DNA of 64,000 nt from Ruditapes philippinarum (taxonomy: Eukaryota): assembly GCF_026571515.1 (NCBI RefSeq), contig NW_026863189.1, forward strand, positions 1 to 64,000. Reading direction: 5' to 3'. The notes beneath the pieces are model-generated. The model had not been told where the DNA came from and made no database searches. It worked only from the letters and a program-made list of their open reading frames with translations. The translations under genes were made by a program, and so were the position numbers. How positions within the stretch are numbered: position 1 is the stretch's first letter; each line of letters begins with the position of its first letter. Of this stretch, positions 26,761-41,135 are shown one piece after another.

Positions 26761-29256
26761 AGTAAATGTATAATAAGTTAGTATCATTTAAATTCATCAA
26801 AGATTTATACAAAATCAATTTTCAGTCCTGAATTGACGCCTTTTTATTCATGTGGTTAACATGTAGTCTATCTTTAGGTGTATTTATCATTGTTTCCATG
26901 GCAACATTTTTTATTGTCTTTGCTTTTTCGCTTTTGCATTATTCAAATAATTGAGTTTGTCCTCGATGTCATATATCTGTATGCATGTGCAGACAAAGCA
27001 AAACTGAATTATGTCTATCAAACTGTATCTCTGTGATTTAATTAGCGAGTCTGCAGCACGTCTGCTGCACGTTGCTAACTAATGAATACACAAACAGATG
27101 TTGCATTTACATTTGTCTTAATAAGTGAATAACAAAAAGGATTTGTAGTTTGTTGTATGCTCAAAATAACGTATGAATACAGTTCAGTAAATTGCGAAGA
27201 GCGAAGACATTTTTATGTCTTTCTGGTTTTTTTTTGTTTTATTTTTTTTTGTTATTTTCTGGGAGCAACTAAGTTATCATCTAACAGTGAGATGAAAATA
27301 ATTTGGTTCTAGATAATTACTCAGAACTAGATAGCATAAATAATTTAGAAAATAATATCATGTATCTAATATTTTAAGTATTTACTTTAATAAAGCACTT
27401 ATGTTATCTTATCTACGATTAGATAACAACTTTTTATTACTCGTACATTTGTATTAATTTTTTGCCTGATGGCCTTTATCAAATAAGTGAAATTTATCAA
27501 GAAATGTCTAATATTAAAGTTTTATATTTTATCGTTTTTATAGTTATCAAAGTTACAATAATAATAATAATTTCAATTTAAGGTCATGAGGTCATAATGT
27601 AAATAAAATATATGATTTACAATAGAGATTTTATCATTGATGGTCTTTTCCAACTTTTATCAGCATATGAAATTATATTATTTGTTGTAACAATTAAAAC
27701 ACTTAAGGTATAAGCCCCCTAACAGGCACTATAAGAAACTATAAAATTGACAACATAGGTCAGTTAAGTACCTTAAAAGACACATGTATGCCAAATTTAA
27801 ACAAAGTTAACCGTATGGTTTACGAATTCTAGAGATTTTCCTTAACTTAAACTTGGCTATCACAAGGGCTCTTTTTCAGAAATGAGAAACTAAATAATCT
27901 ATAATATAAACATTATAAAAATTGTTTTCCTGTTGAACATTGTTAAGAAACAAAAAATAGCATTCAGCTAACAAATGGCACAAGCAAAACTATTGTTTCT
28001 ACTCTAATTGTTATAAATATGTATGAAAATGTTATCCTACCCTACCCATTTTAAATAGTTGTTTGACCATTGTCCTACTTGGCGGACCTTATTCAAAATA
28101 TCCCTAAAATATATCAAAATGAGAGACTGTTTTCCAAGTTTGCCTATTTTTTTTAAATTTTATTGGCTGAGCTTGTCAAATATAAACTACTTTTACCGTC
28201 TAGTTTTTACTACTTTATTAGCCTTTGAAAATATCAGGTGCCATATTTGTTAATAAATTAGAGATTTTTTCACATTTTTATTGCAATGTTGCAACGCTTT
28301 TAAATTGTGAGTCAATATTTCAAAATTACTGGAAAAACGAAGTGAGCGAGTGATCTGAAATTGTGCACACAAGTTTATGGAATAGACCTTCATTTATAGG
28401 TATATTTATCTTGAAAAATTATTTGCAATCCCATCATATAGAAAAACACTCAGTGGAGTCCCTTTAGAATAGTCATTCAAATGTATTGAGCGAACAATAT
28501 CCTACCATATCAATAAAAGTCAATTAATTATTTTCACAAATGATAGAACAAACACCAGGCTTTTTTGTAAATAGTATCCTTCCTTTTAAAAGATTACATT
28601 TCTTGATTTGATAGTTTTTGTAAGCATAGACATTTTCATTCTAATATTATAATCTATTGTAAATTAGAATTTACCATCGCATCAGCTACCTTATGTTAAC
28701 GCCAGGTTTCCTCATCTTTATTTTTTTTTTTTATTTTATTGAATCAAAGTTAACTTTGTTCATTTCTGTTATTTAAATTATAAAGTTAACATGTAAAACT
28801 TGAAGCGTATACCTTTGTGTTTCAAGTACTTTATAATTAACATTTTTGATTTTCTATTTACAGTTTGCATTCACATATTTCTTTTCTATCACTTGCTTAC
28901 CGTCATGTTCTATGCATATTTTATTAACCAGCTTTAGACTGGCGTTTTGCTTGCTATAATAGTGTAAACTCGGTTTTACGCTTTAGCGTTGATAATTGAG
29001 TATCCTTCATGTAAAGACTCAATCAAACCGAGTTGCAATTTCATGTTATTTTGTTGTAATAAATGCTTCCGAGCGATCACATTTTTTTCCAGATTGTTTT
29101 TAACAGCTTGCGCAGTCAGTTTTATAAATCAATCAAACTGAGCATGCAACATTTTGATGTTGCCGTTTTGTGTTTTCTTTAGGAATTCAAATTTTCGCTA
29201 CTTTATATTAAGATTATTTCACAATTTATCAGAGGACTTGTTTTGTATATTTTCAG

Positions 29257-29478
29257 GCGCAATGTTCACGTCAGTGGTTGGTACTCAAGTTCAAGTAACA
29301 GCATGTCTGATTTTGGCAGCTGGAGCTTTCATGCTTATCATTTTTCAATTTAAAACATTCCATCAGCAAACGCCAGGTCAACCGAGCATATTTGTTGACG
29401 AACCAAGAGGCACGTGTAATGTAAGGGCAAAGTTTATTTACAGCGGGGGATTTTCAGCAATATTTCAATTATTTTCAG
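29257..29478 (+). CDS. Constant exon C1 (TM2, intracellular loop, start of TM3) of claudin-like protein
   Basis: Acceptor ttttgtatattttcag|gc (phase 1, completes Gly), 222 nt: AMFTSVVGTQVQVTACLILAAGAFMLIIFQFK...FIYSGGFSAIFQLFS, donor tca g|gtaaag (phase 1). Confidence 0.85.
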
Positions 29479-31125
29479 GTAAAGTATGATCGTCTTTACG
29501 ATTTTTTTATTTGTTAAGATGTGGAGTGATATTATTACTATGCAATAATATTGAAAAAAAATAGAAGGGAATTTAGCATCAAATAGTTAATAAGCTAACA
29601 AATTAGCTTACAAATGTAATAAATCCTAAAATTTGACAGGCGCGTTTGGAATAAAGTTGATACAAGGTTTGATGATAATATTGTTTCTAATTATGTTTGT
29701 ACTGTATAACTGTAGAAATATATTTATTTGATGTGTATATTCACAACTTGGGCTTACAGAGCATATCTTAGAATATTCGACTCTAACATAATTCACATTA
29801 TATGACTTTTTAAATAATTATTATCGCTTATTTTAATAAAATCTGGCAATATTTATAAAATTCATACCCGATTGACTTTTTGCTTAAAAATATATAAAAA
29901 AATTGAATTTGTTTTTTTGTTTCTTTTTTTTTAGTGTCTTTTTTTTAAGCTAGGTACAATGAAAGACTTTATAAGTCATCCATGTAGTATTTCGTTGTCA
30001 GTAAATTCGTCCATGTAGGTGGCTGAATTTTATTAAAGACCCACACACTCTGAAAGTCTTTCAGTTTGATATCCAAGGGAGGGCAACTCCTTTACACAAA
30101 TTTAGAAGAACAAGGATAAAAAAGATGAAATTTTTTTTGATAGCTAACACGCAAATCTATTATATAATAAGTATTGTTAGTTTATATTTTATTACACAAA
30201 AGCTTACATAAAGTGTGTTAATGGTTACACGTAGGAATCCAGAACACTGCTTCATAAATAATAAAAACATATTATGAAAAAGTCATGATGTAAAAAATAA
30301 ACTTTAAGCTTTAGTCAATTGTTTTTCCTCCATTTTTACGGAAGGGGTGTTGCGATCTTATCTTCCTTTTATACTTTTAATTGGCAAAAAAAAACAAGAG
30401 TGTCGTCTCGCCAAACTTGTTTTTGTTTGTAGCCTAGCTTCGGTATTTTGTTTGACAATAAAGTCCCGTAAAATTTAAACGGACTGTTTAAAACTCAAAC
30501 CAGGAAACATTCACTAAATAATTTTTGCAGGTTCAGTGTTAAATGAACGATTTTTACATAGAAAAGATATCGAGGTCAATGGCATACGATACCAGTGATT
30601 GTTAATGTCAGGCAAGAACTCTTGGCTACTCAATCCAATTACTGTTGCTTGTTTCTAGTAATTGACTGGACAGCTACCGTCTCGGAAATCTTGTCTAGTA
30701 TTAATTCTGGAAATTCGCCATTTGACCTGAATGTATTATGAAGACTTATTCCTGCTAGATCATTGACTAGATTATTGACTGGACTATTGAGAATAGATAT
30801 ATTTGGTGATTTATTTTCAAGCGTAGAATCAAAGCAAAGTTCACTTTTTTGTGTCAACAGCAAAACCATTTAACACATTCCAATGTGTTTATTGAAGAAG
30901 ATATTTTTAATAATATTTGTTAAAACCCATGTTTAATTATTTTATAATTTGTGATATTTTAATAAATAAAAATGATATTTCCCTAATAAAATACAGGAGT
31001 TTAGTTTCATGGTAAGAAGAGTAATCTAAAAACAGTTATTTCTCTGTTTAGATATTTATGTATCTATGTTAACTATTTATATGTTTTAATCACATGGATT
31101 GTATCTTATATTAAACTGATTTCAG

Positions 31126-31631
31126 GTATTTTACTCGGTCTGGTTATCATAGACTTCGGCAAGAAGTATTACGCCTTGGGCAAGCCAAGGCCAGCAATTC
31201 CGTATACATTATTCATCGCGGGAATAGGAGCTGCGTGCTCTGGACTTTGTGGAATCATTGAGCTAGCGATAGCCTTCCGGACAAAAGAGAACGGTAGCCG
31301 ACGCTCTAGCAATGCGGCAGATAAACACTGTTCTCCGCAGCAACTTATACCTCTAAATCAAGTTCAAGGTCAAGGTAAAGGTCCCCATCATCATCACCAT
31401 CATCACCATCATCATTATGATAAGCAAGCCAGAACGGTATCTCTGGATGATGGAGATTATTATGGACAAGATTATGATGTAGAAAATCCGGCATTTCATA
31501 CACAGGGTGGAAGGAAATCTGATGCATCCAGCTCACTTTTTCCAGGATATAGACTAGGTAGACAAAATTTACAAGGACATGACAAGAAGTGGTGGAGAAA
31601 AGTAACATTTGCAGCGTTTACAGTCTTGTAA
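31126..31631 (+). CDS. Constant terminal exon C2 (end of TM3, loop 2, TM4, cytoplasmic tail) of claudin-like protein
   Basis: Acceptor aaactgatttcag|gt (phase 1) reading GILLGLVIIDFGKKYYALGKPRPAIPYTLFIAGIGAACSGLCGIIELAIAF..., in frame with ORF 31176-31631. His10 tract; ends AAFTVL-stop. Confidence 0.87.
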
Positions 31632-32977
31632 AAACAAATTCCAAACTTTACAAATATATATTGGTTTTTTTAAATACTTTAACATTCAGTGTACATGGGT
31701 TTTCTTTTTCCTTTTCGAATATGAATTTGAAATGAAATTTCTTCCTGGTCGAAATATGCGTATTTTTTATTTTTCGCATTAAAATTGTCAAAAGTTTTAT
31801 ATTGTTTCGTATTAAAATACTGATTTGAGTTACTTTGTTCAAAATTTCGTATTGTAATATTTTAGACTTTGAAGTCATCTTCTTATCAAAACTACAGTGT
31901 GTACTTCATCACAGTGTGTACTTCTTATAAAAATCTAGGATATTTTGATTATTATTTTTCTATTTACAATAACATATAATTTTTTCTCGATTTTGCTATT
32001 ATTAAATGAACAAAAATATTTATTTCTTGCTTTTAAATCTACAACTTTGTTTAATATTTATAAGAAAAAAGTGTTCTAAATTTGATAATATTTTTTTTTT
32101 TTGCAGCACTGATTAAGGGACATTGAACCGTAAATATGAATATATTTTTCTTCTGTTAAATAAGAAAGGGCAAACACTGTTGAGGACTGTTTTAATAATA
32201 TGTTAAGAGCGTATAAAATGCTTTACACACTGAAAGTGAAATATTTTGTTGTTGTAAACAGAGTAATATTTTGATTTCTAACATATAATATTAAGTCACT
32301 ATTTTGTACAATTTGCAAACAATTAGAAAAAAACATTCAAAAGATGGTTAATATTTATTAGCCAATGATTTAATATTTTTGAAATTGGAAGGGACACCAA
32401 GCATTACAAAAAATGACATGTAAAAAAAATAGTCTCATTTTTTGGGTGTTAACAGGCCTTTCTTTTCTTCGGTAATATGTATGTCCACATATATCTGGAT
32501 ATCTTAACAGACTTTTCAAATGACTTTGATAAGTAGACGTTTTAAGTATGCATCGTTTCATATATGTTCAGTTTCCAATCAAATGTCTGTTTTATATCGA
32601 TTATCAACATTTAAACAGATTATTCTAAAATTAACATGCCAAATGTTTAACATGCCAATTCAACGTTTTATTTGAGGGTGGATATGAATGAAGCTGAATG
32701 CTTATAGTTATAAGAAATGAAATGTAAAAACTGCTCAAGTTTTCCTTTACATATATTACTTATATTATCAATTGTGTACGTATTTATAATACGCTATTTG
32801 TATTTATATTTTGAATATTTAGCTAGACTTTCTTAAAACCTGTGAAATGTAAATCATGTTTAATATTTATAAAATTTATTTAGAAAGTTCTTTATAGGCT
32901 TGGTATTTAGATTGTGTATATTGTGCAGAAATTAGTAAGAACCATATGTACCAAAACCATGGCTTAGTGAGATTCTG

Positions 32978-33139
32978 NNNNNNNNNNNNNNNNNNNNNNN
33001 NNNNNNNNNNNNNNNNNNNNNNNNNNNNNNNNNNNNNNNNNNNNNNNNNNNNNNNNNNNNNNNNNNNNNNNNNNNNNNNNNNNNNNNNNNNNNNNNNNNN
33101 NNNNNNNNNNNNNNNNNNNNNNNNNNNNNNNNNNNNNNN
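32978..33139. other. Assembly gap (162 N)
   Basis: Run of N. Confidence 1.
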
Positions 33140-35968
33140 ATTCACAACATTTTATATAGTGGTATAGCAACAACATTTAACGAGCATATAGTACATAACG
33201 ATAAAAGTCGTATATTGGTTTTATATATATTTAACAAATAAATGATGTAAACTGTCTTTTAGTTTAAATTATGTGAACATTTAACCCTTATTGTGTCCTA
33301 GTTGAGATTTAAAATGGTTTTGTTTGAAATATTTTTATCTTTCCTATTAGCATATTCCTTTTATTTCATTGTATCAATTGGGGTGGGGTTATAATAAGAT
33401 AGTGTACCTTACAGAAACATAGTTGATTTTAAATAACAAATTATGTTCATTTCAAACCGTTGGAATATATTTTATATCTTGTTTTGTTTTGGGTTTGTAT
33501 TTGTTTTTTGTTGTATGTCAAAAGATGTTGTTCACAAAAAGAAGCAAAGCTATGATTGGCTCAGAATAAAGTTATGTGATTTTACGTACAATTCTAAAAA
33601 TCGGTGGTGGCGTATATAGATATGTGAGTAACCATTATACAGTCACTGAAATATACGACTTTTTTTAAAGATAAAAACTGTCGGACTTCCTTATTCAGGA
33701 GTGAGTTAGGTATACGGACTGTATACGTACGGACTCCAATATCTAGGCAAATATAAAATATTTGCGTATGGCAGTATTGCAAGTAACATCACTGAGTCTT
33801 TGTCGATATTTCAGATTATTTAAGCATAGGAGTTGGCAGTTATATTTAGAAATATACAAGTCAGTTTAATTAAAAATTGATTCAACATGATCGTTTTAAT
33901 TTCAAATCTGTTATATGCAAAATAAACCAGGTAATATTGATCAATATTTCTTCCCGTTACTGCCATGTGGCAGCTGTAAAAAGTTGCCCCGTACTTCACT
34001 TCAATGTTGTTGTTTTTTCTCCTTTAGGATAATTGATCCATCACTTTTAAATGTTGAAAATTAAGAACCACTCAAGCAGTGCTAGGGGGCGTGAAAGATG
34101 TTGCACTTTTTTATTATACCTATGTACAGACTCAATCAAACCGAGTTTGCATTTTTCATGTTATTTTGTTGTAGATAATGCTTTCTCAAGATCTTAGCAT
34201 ATGCTTTGAAAGGCATAGATATGCCAATAAATGAGTGTCAAATTAGTCTGCACCTCTTCGCAGTTTGACCATACACTTAACAATTGATCACTTGCCAAAC
34301 TTTTTTATCACCTCATCTAAATCCCTAAAACTACCATGTTTTGTTCCTGGTTCAAAGCAGGCGATTCTTCAAACATGACTTTTACTGTCAGCTTATTTTT
34401 GAAACATTAATGATTTCATTAAAATGTATGTCGAGCATTATAATATTATTTACACATCTTTGAACTTTTGGCAAAATTTGGGCATAATGTCTTCCTCTAT
34501 AGAACAATATTCCTTTTAATTCATTTTTTGACGTTGTCACTTTTACACCAATCAGAATGCCATAGATTTCAATCATTTTATATATGATGCCATAAATTTG
34601 TTGTGTTTCGTGAGTGAGACTAGGTTTATTGCAAAAGTTCAAATATATTACATGTGTATTTTTAAATTATATACGTATATATTTCAATATAAGATTATTT
34701 TATCAAACTTGTAAATTTGAAATATGTGAATGAAATAAAAATTCAAAATTGTCCTGTATTGTTTTGTTGTTTTTTATATGAAATGAATTGACATCAGGGT
34801 TTTGTCACCTAATTCAATGTATTGTTTAAGGGTATTCCATGCATCAATAGCACAAATAGCATTTTATGCTTACACTCAAGAATATGTAGACGCTGATTTG
34901 ATTAATGTTACGAAATAATGTATTTTACGAACACAATGTGGAAAATAAAAAACTAATCTTATTGCTTACGTTTTTCCTGCCTGTCTGCTGGCCTAAATTG
35001 AAAAAAAAAGTTTTTATTTAAGAACCTCTAACTCCACTGTGTTTTCTTCTATTCGACGAGCAATTTTCGTAAAATCCATTTTACATATAGCTTTTACATA
35101 GCAAAATTTATTAAAAACATGAGTGTATACAGATATTCAGATGATAAATCACGCCTGAAATCAATTACTATGCCTGTAAGGAAATGGTAAACCCTGTTTG
35201 ACATTCGTACATCACATATTTCATATGATTAATTAACCAAGTACAGTACATCTCAGTTAAAAAAACAATTGAAGATATGTTACTGATCTATATATTAGCT
35301 TGGGAGAAACAAATACTATTTTAATAAAAATACGAGCGTACAACTGTTTGGAACAAACATTAATTAACAATCTCAAACCTTACTGTTTTACCTTAAAACC
35401 TGGATTTTGTTTCTTTTTGTTACAGGTACATGATAGTGTAAACTTAAAGTCATTTTTAATTCAAGTTCCTATGTAAAATGAACAAACAATTTTACAAACA
35501 CTTCTTTACAAAAAGGACTACACATTTTTCTGAAGTATATTCCGAATGGAGATAAAGAAGGAGATATAACTGTAGTTTGTTAACATAAAAATTTTAAGTT
35601 TATTACAAGGTAAAGCATTCATTTGATATACTGCAAATATTAAGCTAAAAATGGCTGCTGACAGTATGGCGAATTTGACTCTCAGAATATTTATAGGAAG
35701 AAAACACTAAACTTTAGTAAGTAAACTTTTGTTTTAAGCCTTGTCCCTAAGCTATATTTCCACCGTTGTCGTGAGCAATACCAAACATTTGATATTATTA
35801 CCCCTCACTTTTTTCGTAATGTTAATTTCCCCTCTGGTAGTTATTTTTACTGTTTACGCAAGTGTACCACGTGACTAAGACTTTTGTACTGTTACATAGG
35901 TAACAGTATTTTTTAACAGTATTAAATGGTGGTCTATTTTCTAAATAAAATGAAATAAAATGGACGCC

Positions 35969-37404
35969 ATTTTTATTTGTTTGGGTCGTCAGAGCAAACA
36001 AATAATGGTAGCGGAATTTCAGAGTCTAATGTTCTTAATTGCAAATGCCGAAAGTAGTCCACTTTTTTGAAGCGGTTACTTCCCTTTTGTATGTACACTT
36101 AAGCCGAAAAATTCAGGGGAGATCACTGCGTAAAGATGGTCAAAGACAGGCGCATCGATTTTCAAGCAAAGTAATTCCCGAATGGTCGAAGATTTCTAAT
36201 ATTGTTTTCTGGTATTTTCTGATCGAAAATAACTAAATACAAAGCGGACATTCAATCTCTGACACAGAAGTTTATGACAAACCTAACAACAAGTAGTTCT
36301 CAAAACAGCTTAAAACTAGCGATTTAAAAGAAAGAAATATTTTATTTTGTTACAAGTATCCAACAAATTACAACGCATTTAAAGTTAAACAATAGCGTTG
36401 GCTTATAGAATTGTCAATAAATGCACAATCACAAATTACGCGGATGAATATGATTTTATCAATGAAAATACTATTTTTAGCCATGTAGATTACCGAATAC
36501 TACACAAACCGAGTAGTGCTACATGTCGGACTGTTTGGGCGAGATGATTTTCGCTAAAATATTTACTTCAATTTTAAACAACAGGTTTACCCTGAACAAA
36601 ATACCTCGAAATTAATAAGGATTACAAACCTGAATGCAATGGAAGTTCTAAATTTAGAATCACTTGATATTATTCAGATATTCTGTGTAAAGCTTCTCCG
36701 TGGTACAGTGGTAACGCGCTCGCTTAGTGAGTGAGAGGTCTCGAGTTCGAATCCCAGTCGAGGAAATTTTTTTTTTTGTTAAATTCTTTTTTTAATTGTT
36801 TTTGTTAAGGAAGTAGCCATGATTTACAAGGATTAAGTGTGGCTGTCGTAAAAAAAGTACATAAATGATTTTTTGATGCAACTCCAGTTATGCAGAATTC
36901 CGTATGTGCCTTACAAAATGAATTATAGTACATAAAAATAAACTTATACAGGAAAATGCATACAGATATACAGTACGATTTAGATTGCAAAGATCAGAAA
37001 ATACCAAAGAACTTGAAGCCCTTTGATTCTTTATAAATATACATGCTTATAGTAAGCTTCAGGATTATTTACATCTGTGTTAAACAACAGTTAAAAGTCG
37101 TTACAAGCCCTAATTTAATATATATAAAATATAAATATAAATTTAACCGTGGCTGAAGGGTTTTCGGGCTCGCTTAGGAAGCAATAGGTCTGGAGTTCAA
37201 ATCCCAGTAAAGGTAACTCATTTTTTTAAATTGTTAAAGTCAAATAAACATTGGATTGAATATCAGTGTTGCAATTAGTCTTATAGCCAATTTAATACAA
37301 TTAAAACCCTGGAAAGCATTGGTGGCACTAAACATATAATCTCACAACCTGCACCTTTCTTACATTCTGAGACCCAAACAAATTCAGCGCCTTCTGTGCT
37401 TTGA
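35969..37404 (+). mobile_element. Dispersed repeat with tRNA-like modules; shorter relatives at 47008-47851 and 52604-53449
   Basis: Shared start tttttatttgtttgggtcgtcaga and end ttctgtgctttga across the three loci; absent from the equivalent 3' flank of copy D (~56760). Confidence 0.7.
36694..36765 (+). repeat. tRNA-derived (SINE-head-like) sequence, not a functional tRNA
   Basis: A box tggtacagtgg, B box gagttcgaatcc, anticodon arm ctcgc-ttAGTga-gtgag. T stem and acceptor stem pair poorly. Degenerate siblings at ~37146-37212, 47560-47625 and 53158-53225. Confidence 0.7.
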
Positions 37405-38545
37405 TTTTTCTTGAAACGATATCATTGATATTGCAATATCATGATGGAAATTTAAAATGTTAGTAAGACAACAATATAGAGCCTGAAAAGATTGCATATG
37501 TGTTCAGCTTGACTTGGTTTTAAACTGGTTAATTATTTAGGTTCCAGCAAGGTAAAGGTGCAGATTTTTATATAGTTGTCATCTTTACAAAATACATGTT
37601 CTGCCTACATAGACTTTTATCGCTTCAACCGGACTAGTATGGACGCCTGTAACATTCCCAAGAAAATATACACTGGGTTGATATTTTCCATGCATACATG
37701 GACTTAAAGTGATGATTGTTTATGTGTATATCACTAAATCCGTCTATTTGATTCAAACTTGAGATATTTTGAATAGAAAACAGCCGTTTTCACGGATTCT
37801 TCCAAAGCCGCACAAAATATTTTATGAAAGTCCAAAAAAAAAAGGTTAATGTACAGAAAGTCTATAGCAATGAAGTTAAGCTTATCTGCGTAATATAAAT
37901 ACACCAACCAAGTTTATAACCCGGTAAATTTTACATTTCTGTCATCACTGTATCATACTGTGTAAAGAATAGCGCCATCGGAAGACAACGATATACGTAA
38001 AATATGACAGTCAATTCCTGATTATTTCCCTTGCAACAAATCTAAGTGATTCTGGTAGACTTCAAGGTGTAGAGAGGCACGTAATATGTAATCCGTTCGC
38101 GTTTGGTTAATTAATCACTCTTGCATTATAATGCATTGAAGTCCATGATTATAAATGAGTGTGCTCTCCAATTCTGCAATTGATAAACTTACTGCCAAAT
38201 CCTGAAATTTATAAATAGGAGAGAGTGAAGTGTAACTTATTAAGATCATGGCCCCGTATTCACTACGAAAAGATCGGATCAGGATCAAGTGATCCTTATT
38301 TTATTTTATTGTTTTATAGAACTAAAATTGATCGTATTTTGCTAAAATTAGATGGTACTTATTCAAAATGTAAAAATGCTGATACCTAATTTTTGGATAA
38401 AATCAAGGAATAATAAAACAGAATTAGAAATAATCAGATCAAAATAAGGATCAGTTTTAGGATCAAGATCAATACTCAGCTCAACATTAAATTCCCATAT
38501 CTTGCAAAATAACAATAAATTTATTCTAAAATTTCACAAACACGC

Positions 38546-38703
38546 CATTTTAATCCAATTTTATCAAATTATTATTAGATATTTAATCTATGATGATAAA
38601 CAATGGAGAATATTTGACTTTTTGCATTTTAATCCAATTTTATCAAATTATTATTATATATTTAATCTATGATGATTAACAATGGTGAATATTTGACTTT
38701 TTG
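38546..38703. repeat. ~79-bp tandem duplication inside a probable MITE-like element (~38250-38745)
   Basis: cattttaatccaattttatcaaattattatta...aatatttgactttttg occurs twice in tandem. Confidence 0.8.
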
Positions 38704-41135
38704 AATTTGATTCTGATCTTGATTCGATATTTAAATTTTTTGTGAATTTTTTAAAATTGCATGGTGTTATTAGACGATGATATTTTAATATACCAGTATA
38801 GTATCACAATAAATCTATTTAAGATTGGATTCTACTTGTGTAATACTAAGAAATTATGTAATGTGTTTTTAATGATTTTTAAATTCCAAGACATTTTTTT
38901 AAATAGCTAGATAACAGAAAATGTCGTACACTTTGTCAGTGACTTTGATCTACATTAACTATTGCACTAATGTACGTATAATAACGCTTATTTTTACTCG
39001 CTATGTTTCGGATAGTGTTAGAAAGCAAGAGGTCGAATTATTGCTACATTTTCCTGATATTACTTTTTTTTATAATATTATTATTTATCATAGTCTCATA
39101 ATTGTGGTACAATCTATACAATATATCATAGATAAAATCATATTAGACCTTTCAAAAATGTACATTGTCACTCTTTACAGAATTATAAGGGACTTTGTAT
39201 CTAGTAATATGATAATACATTTTAAATTCACTTCTACATAATATAATATTTAAATTCACTTTAAATCTACATCTGAAACATAGTATAATATATTCAACTG
39301 CATAGGACAACAATGATTTTACGTAAGTATACATGATTGTTAAAAAAATAACTTAGATTGGTTTGGGCAAAATTAATGGCTGTATTTGGATGTACATGAC
39401 GTAACCAACTGTATTTTTGTATAGGACGAGACAAGTGATAACATGAATATATAGGACATGACCAAGTACATGATTGTAATAGAGATAACCAAGTAAGAAT
39501 ATGAATAACAGGACATGACTAAGTACATGATTACATTCTAAAATCAGCGAAAATAAATTACAAGCAATACTACATGCAAAAATAACTAAAAGAAGATAAA
39601 AAAATTCTCGAGTTACATCAATTTACATCCCATTATATCTGAATGCATCGTCGAATGAATTAATATCAGTAAATTATTGAGGTAGAAAATGACAACTGGT
39701 TGTTCTTCTTTCCAATGCTGAAGATATAGTTCGAATTTTTATCATTTTTGTATGCATATTTCGGATACAAAATTTAGTATCATAATTACTTTATACAATC
39801 CGCGTTCTCGATAATTCATCGACTAAAGTCGAAAATGAAAATTTATTATTAATGAAAAGAATATCATTATCTTTAATTGACATTTGGCACTAGAACAATA
39901 GAAGATAGACATGTGGCTTTTAGGTTTGCTGGAATGTAGTTACACGTTACTTAAAGGCAACACTCCAAATATATATCGGGCACAGAATAATAGGACTCAA
40001 AGAAAGACTATTTAATAAAGAATATATAATGCATGATGTAGAAAAGTTTTATAAAAAACAATCGTAAAGGAAGATTAAATATGGGGACGCATTCTTTCAA
40101 ATGGTGATGTTTCAATCTAAATTGCCGTTATCGGCATTGATCGATACATCAGCGGTTTTTCAAGAGTATTTTTTTCCATTTTTTCTGTATTTAGCAAAAT
40201 ACTTTTTACTGACATTTTATATACAATGCAACCAGCATGTATTCATAATAGTAAAACAGTTGCTTAAGGTAATACAAAAAAATATATATAATGACGGATC
40301 GTTATACCTTTTTGTACGCAACATAATGCATTGCCATGCCACATGCACAAGACATTTCCGCAATAAGTTCAAAATGGCAAAATATGGCAAATAAATTTAT
40401 ATTTTAAGTAGGAGTGATAAATTGAGTATACCATTCATATTTTGGGTTATTCCGAAACAAAGTCCTGAATACATTTATAACGATATACAAATCTTGGAAA
40501 TTCTGTCGAACTCTTTTATTAAATTTGCAAAGCATTAAATTGATGATTAAAGGTATTATATATAATATATAAATATATATCATTTAAGACTTTTAGTTGG
40601 CAGACAAAAAAAGCTTGTAATTACCAACAGGCTCAAACCGGCCGAGCCTTGAACATTTTCATTTTTTTCATTTTTGACGTTTTTAGGGATTCTTTCTGTG
40701 TTTTTTTTTTCTGAAACTAAACATAATAGATTAATTATTAAATGAACATTGTTTCAGGCTAATGAAAGGCAATCGATAAACTATGTGACACTATTTTATA
40801 CGTTGACATGACGTTAGATTACTTTCAATTCTCATCGGCACGATAACTTGCAACATATAGACATATGCAAATAAAGTCACTCACTATGTATATGAATTGG
40901 AGTTATTGTTTACAGAATTGATCACCAGCATTTTGAGTCAATTAGTCATTAGTAAATGCTTCATAGATTGATATTGTATGAGTTACTTAACAATATTAAA
41001 CAGACATCTCGTCGGCATGACCATAGATGTGAATAGACGTGGATAGAACAGTTTGGTTATTGCATTTTTTATTTAGGGAAACTACACAGTCTTACAGGTT
41101 GTTTTTTTTGCAAGGTTTATACAAAGTAAAACAGC

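Noticed and set aside
30639-30869. 76-aa minus-strand ORF in the C1-C2 intron
   Set aside because: No motif I can identify; possibly decayed transposon sequence, but unsupported.
36694-36765. Possible tRNA-Thr(AGT) gene
   Set aside because: T stem (tcgag/cccag) and acceptor stem are mispaired, and it lies within a dispersed repeat with decayed siblings.
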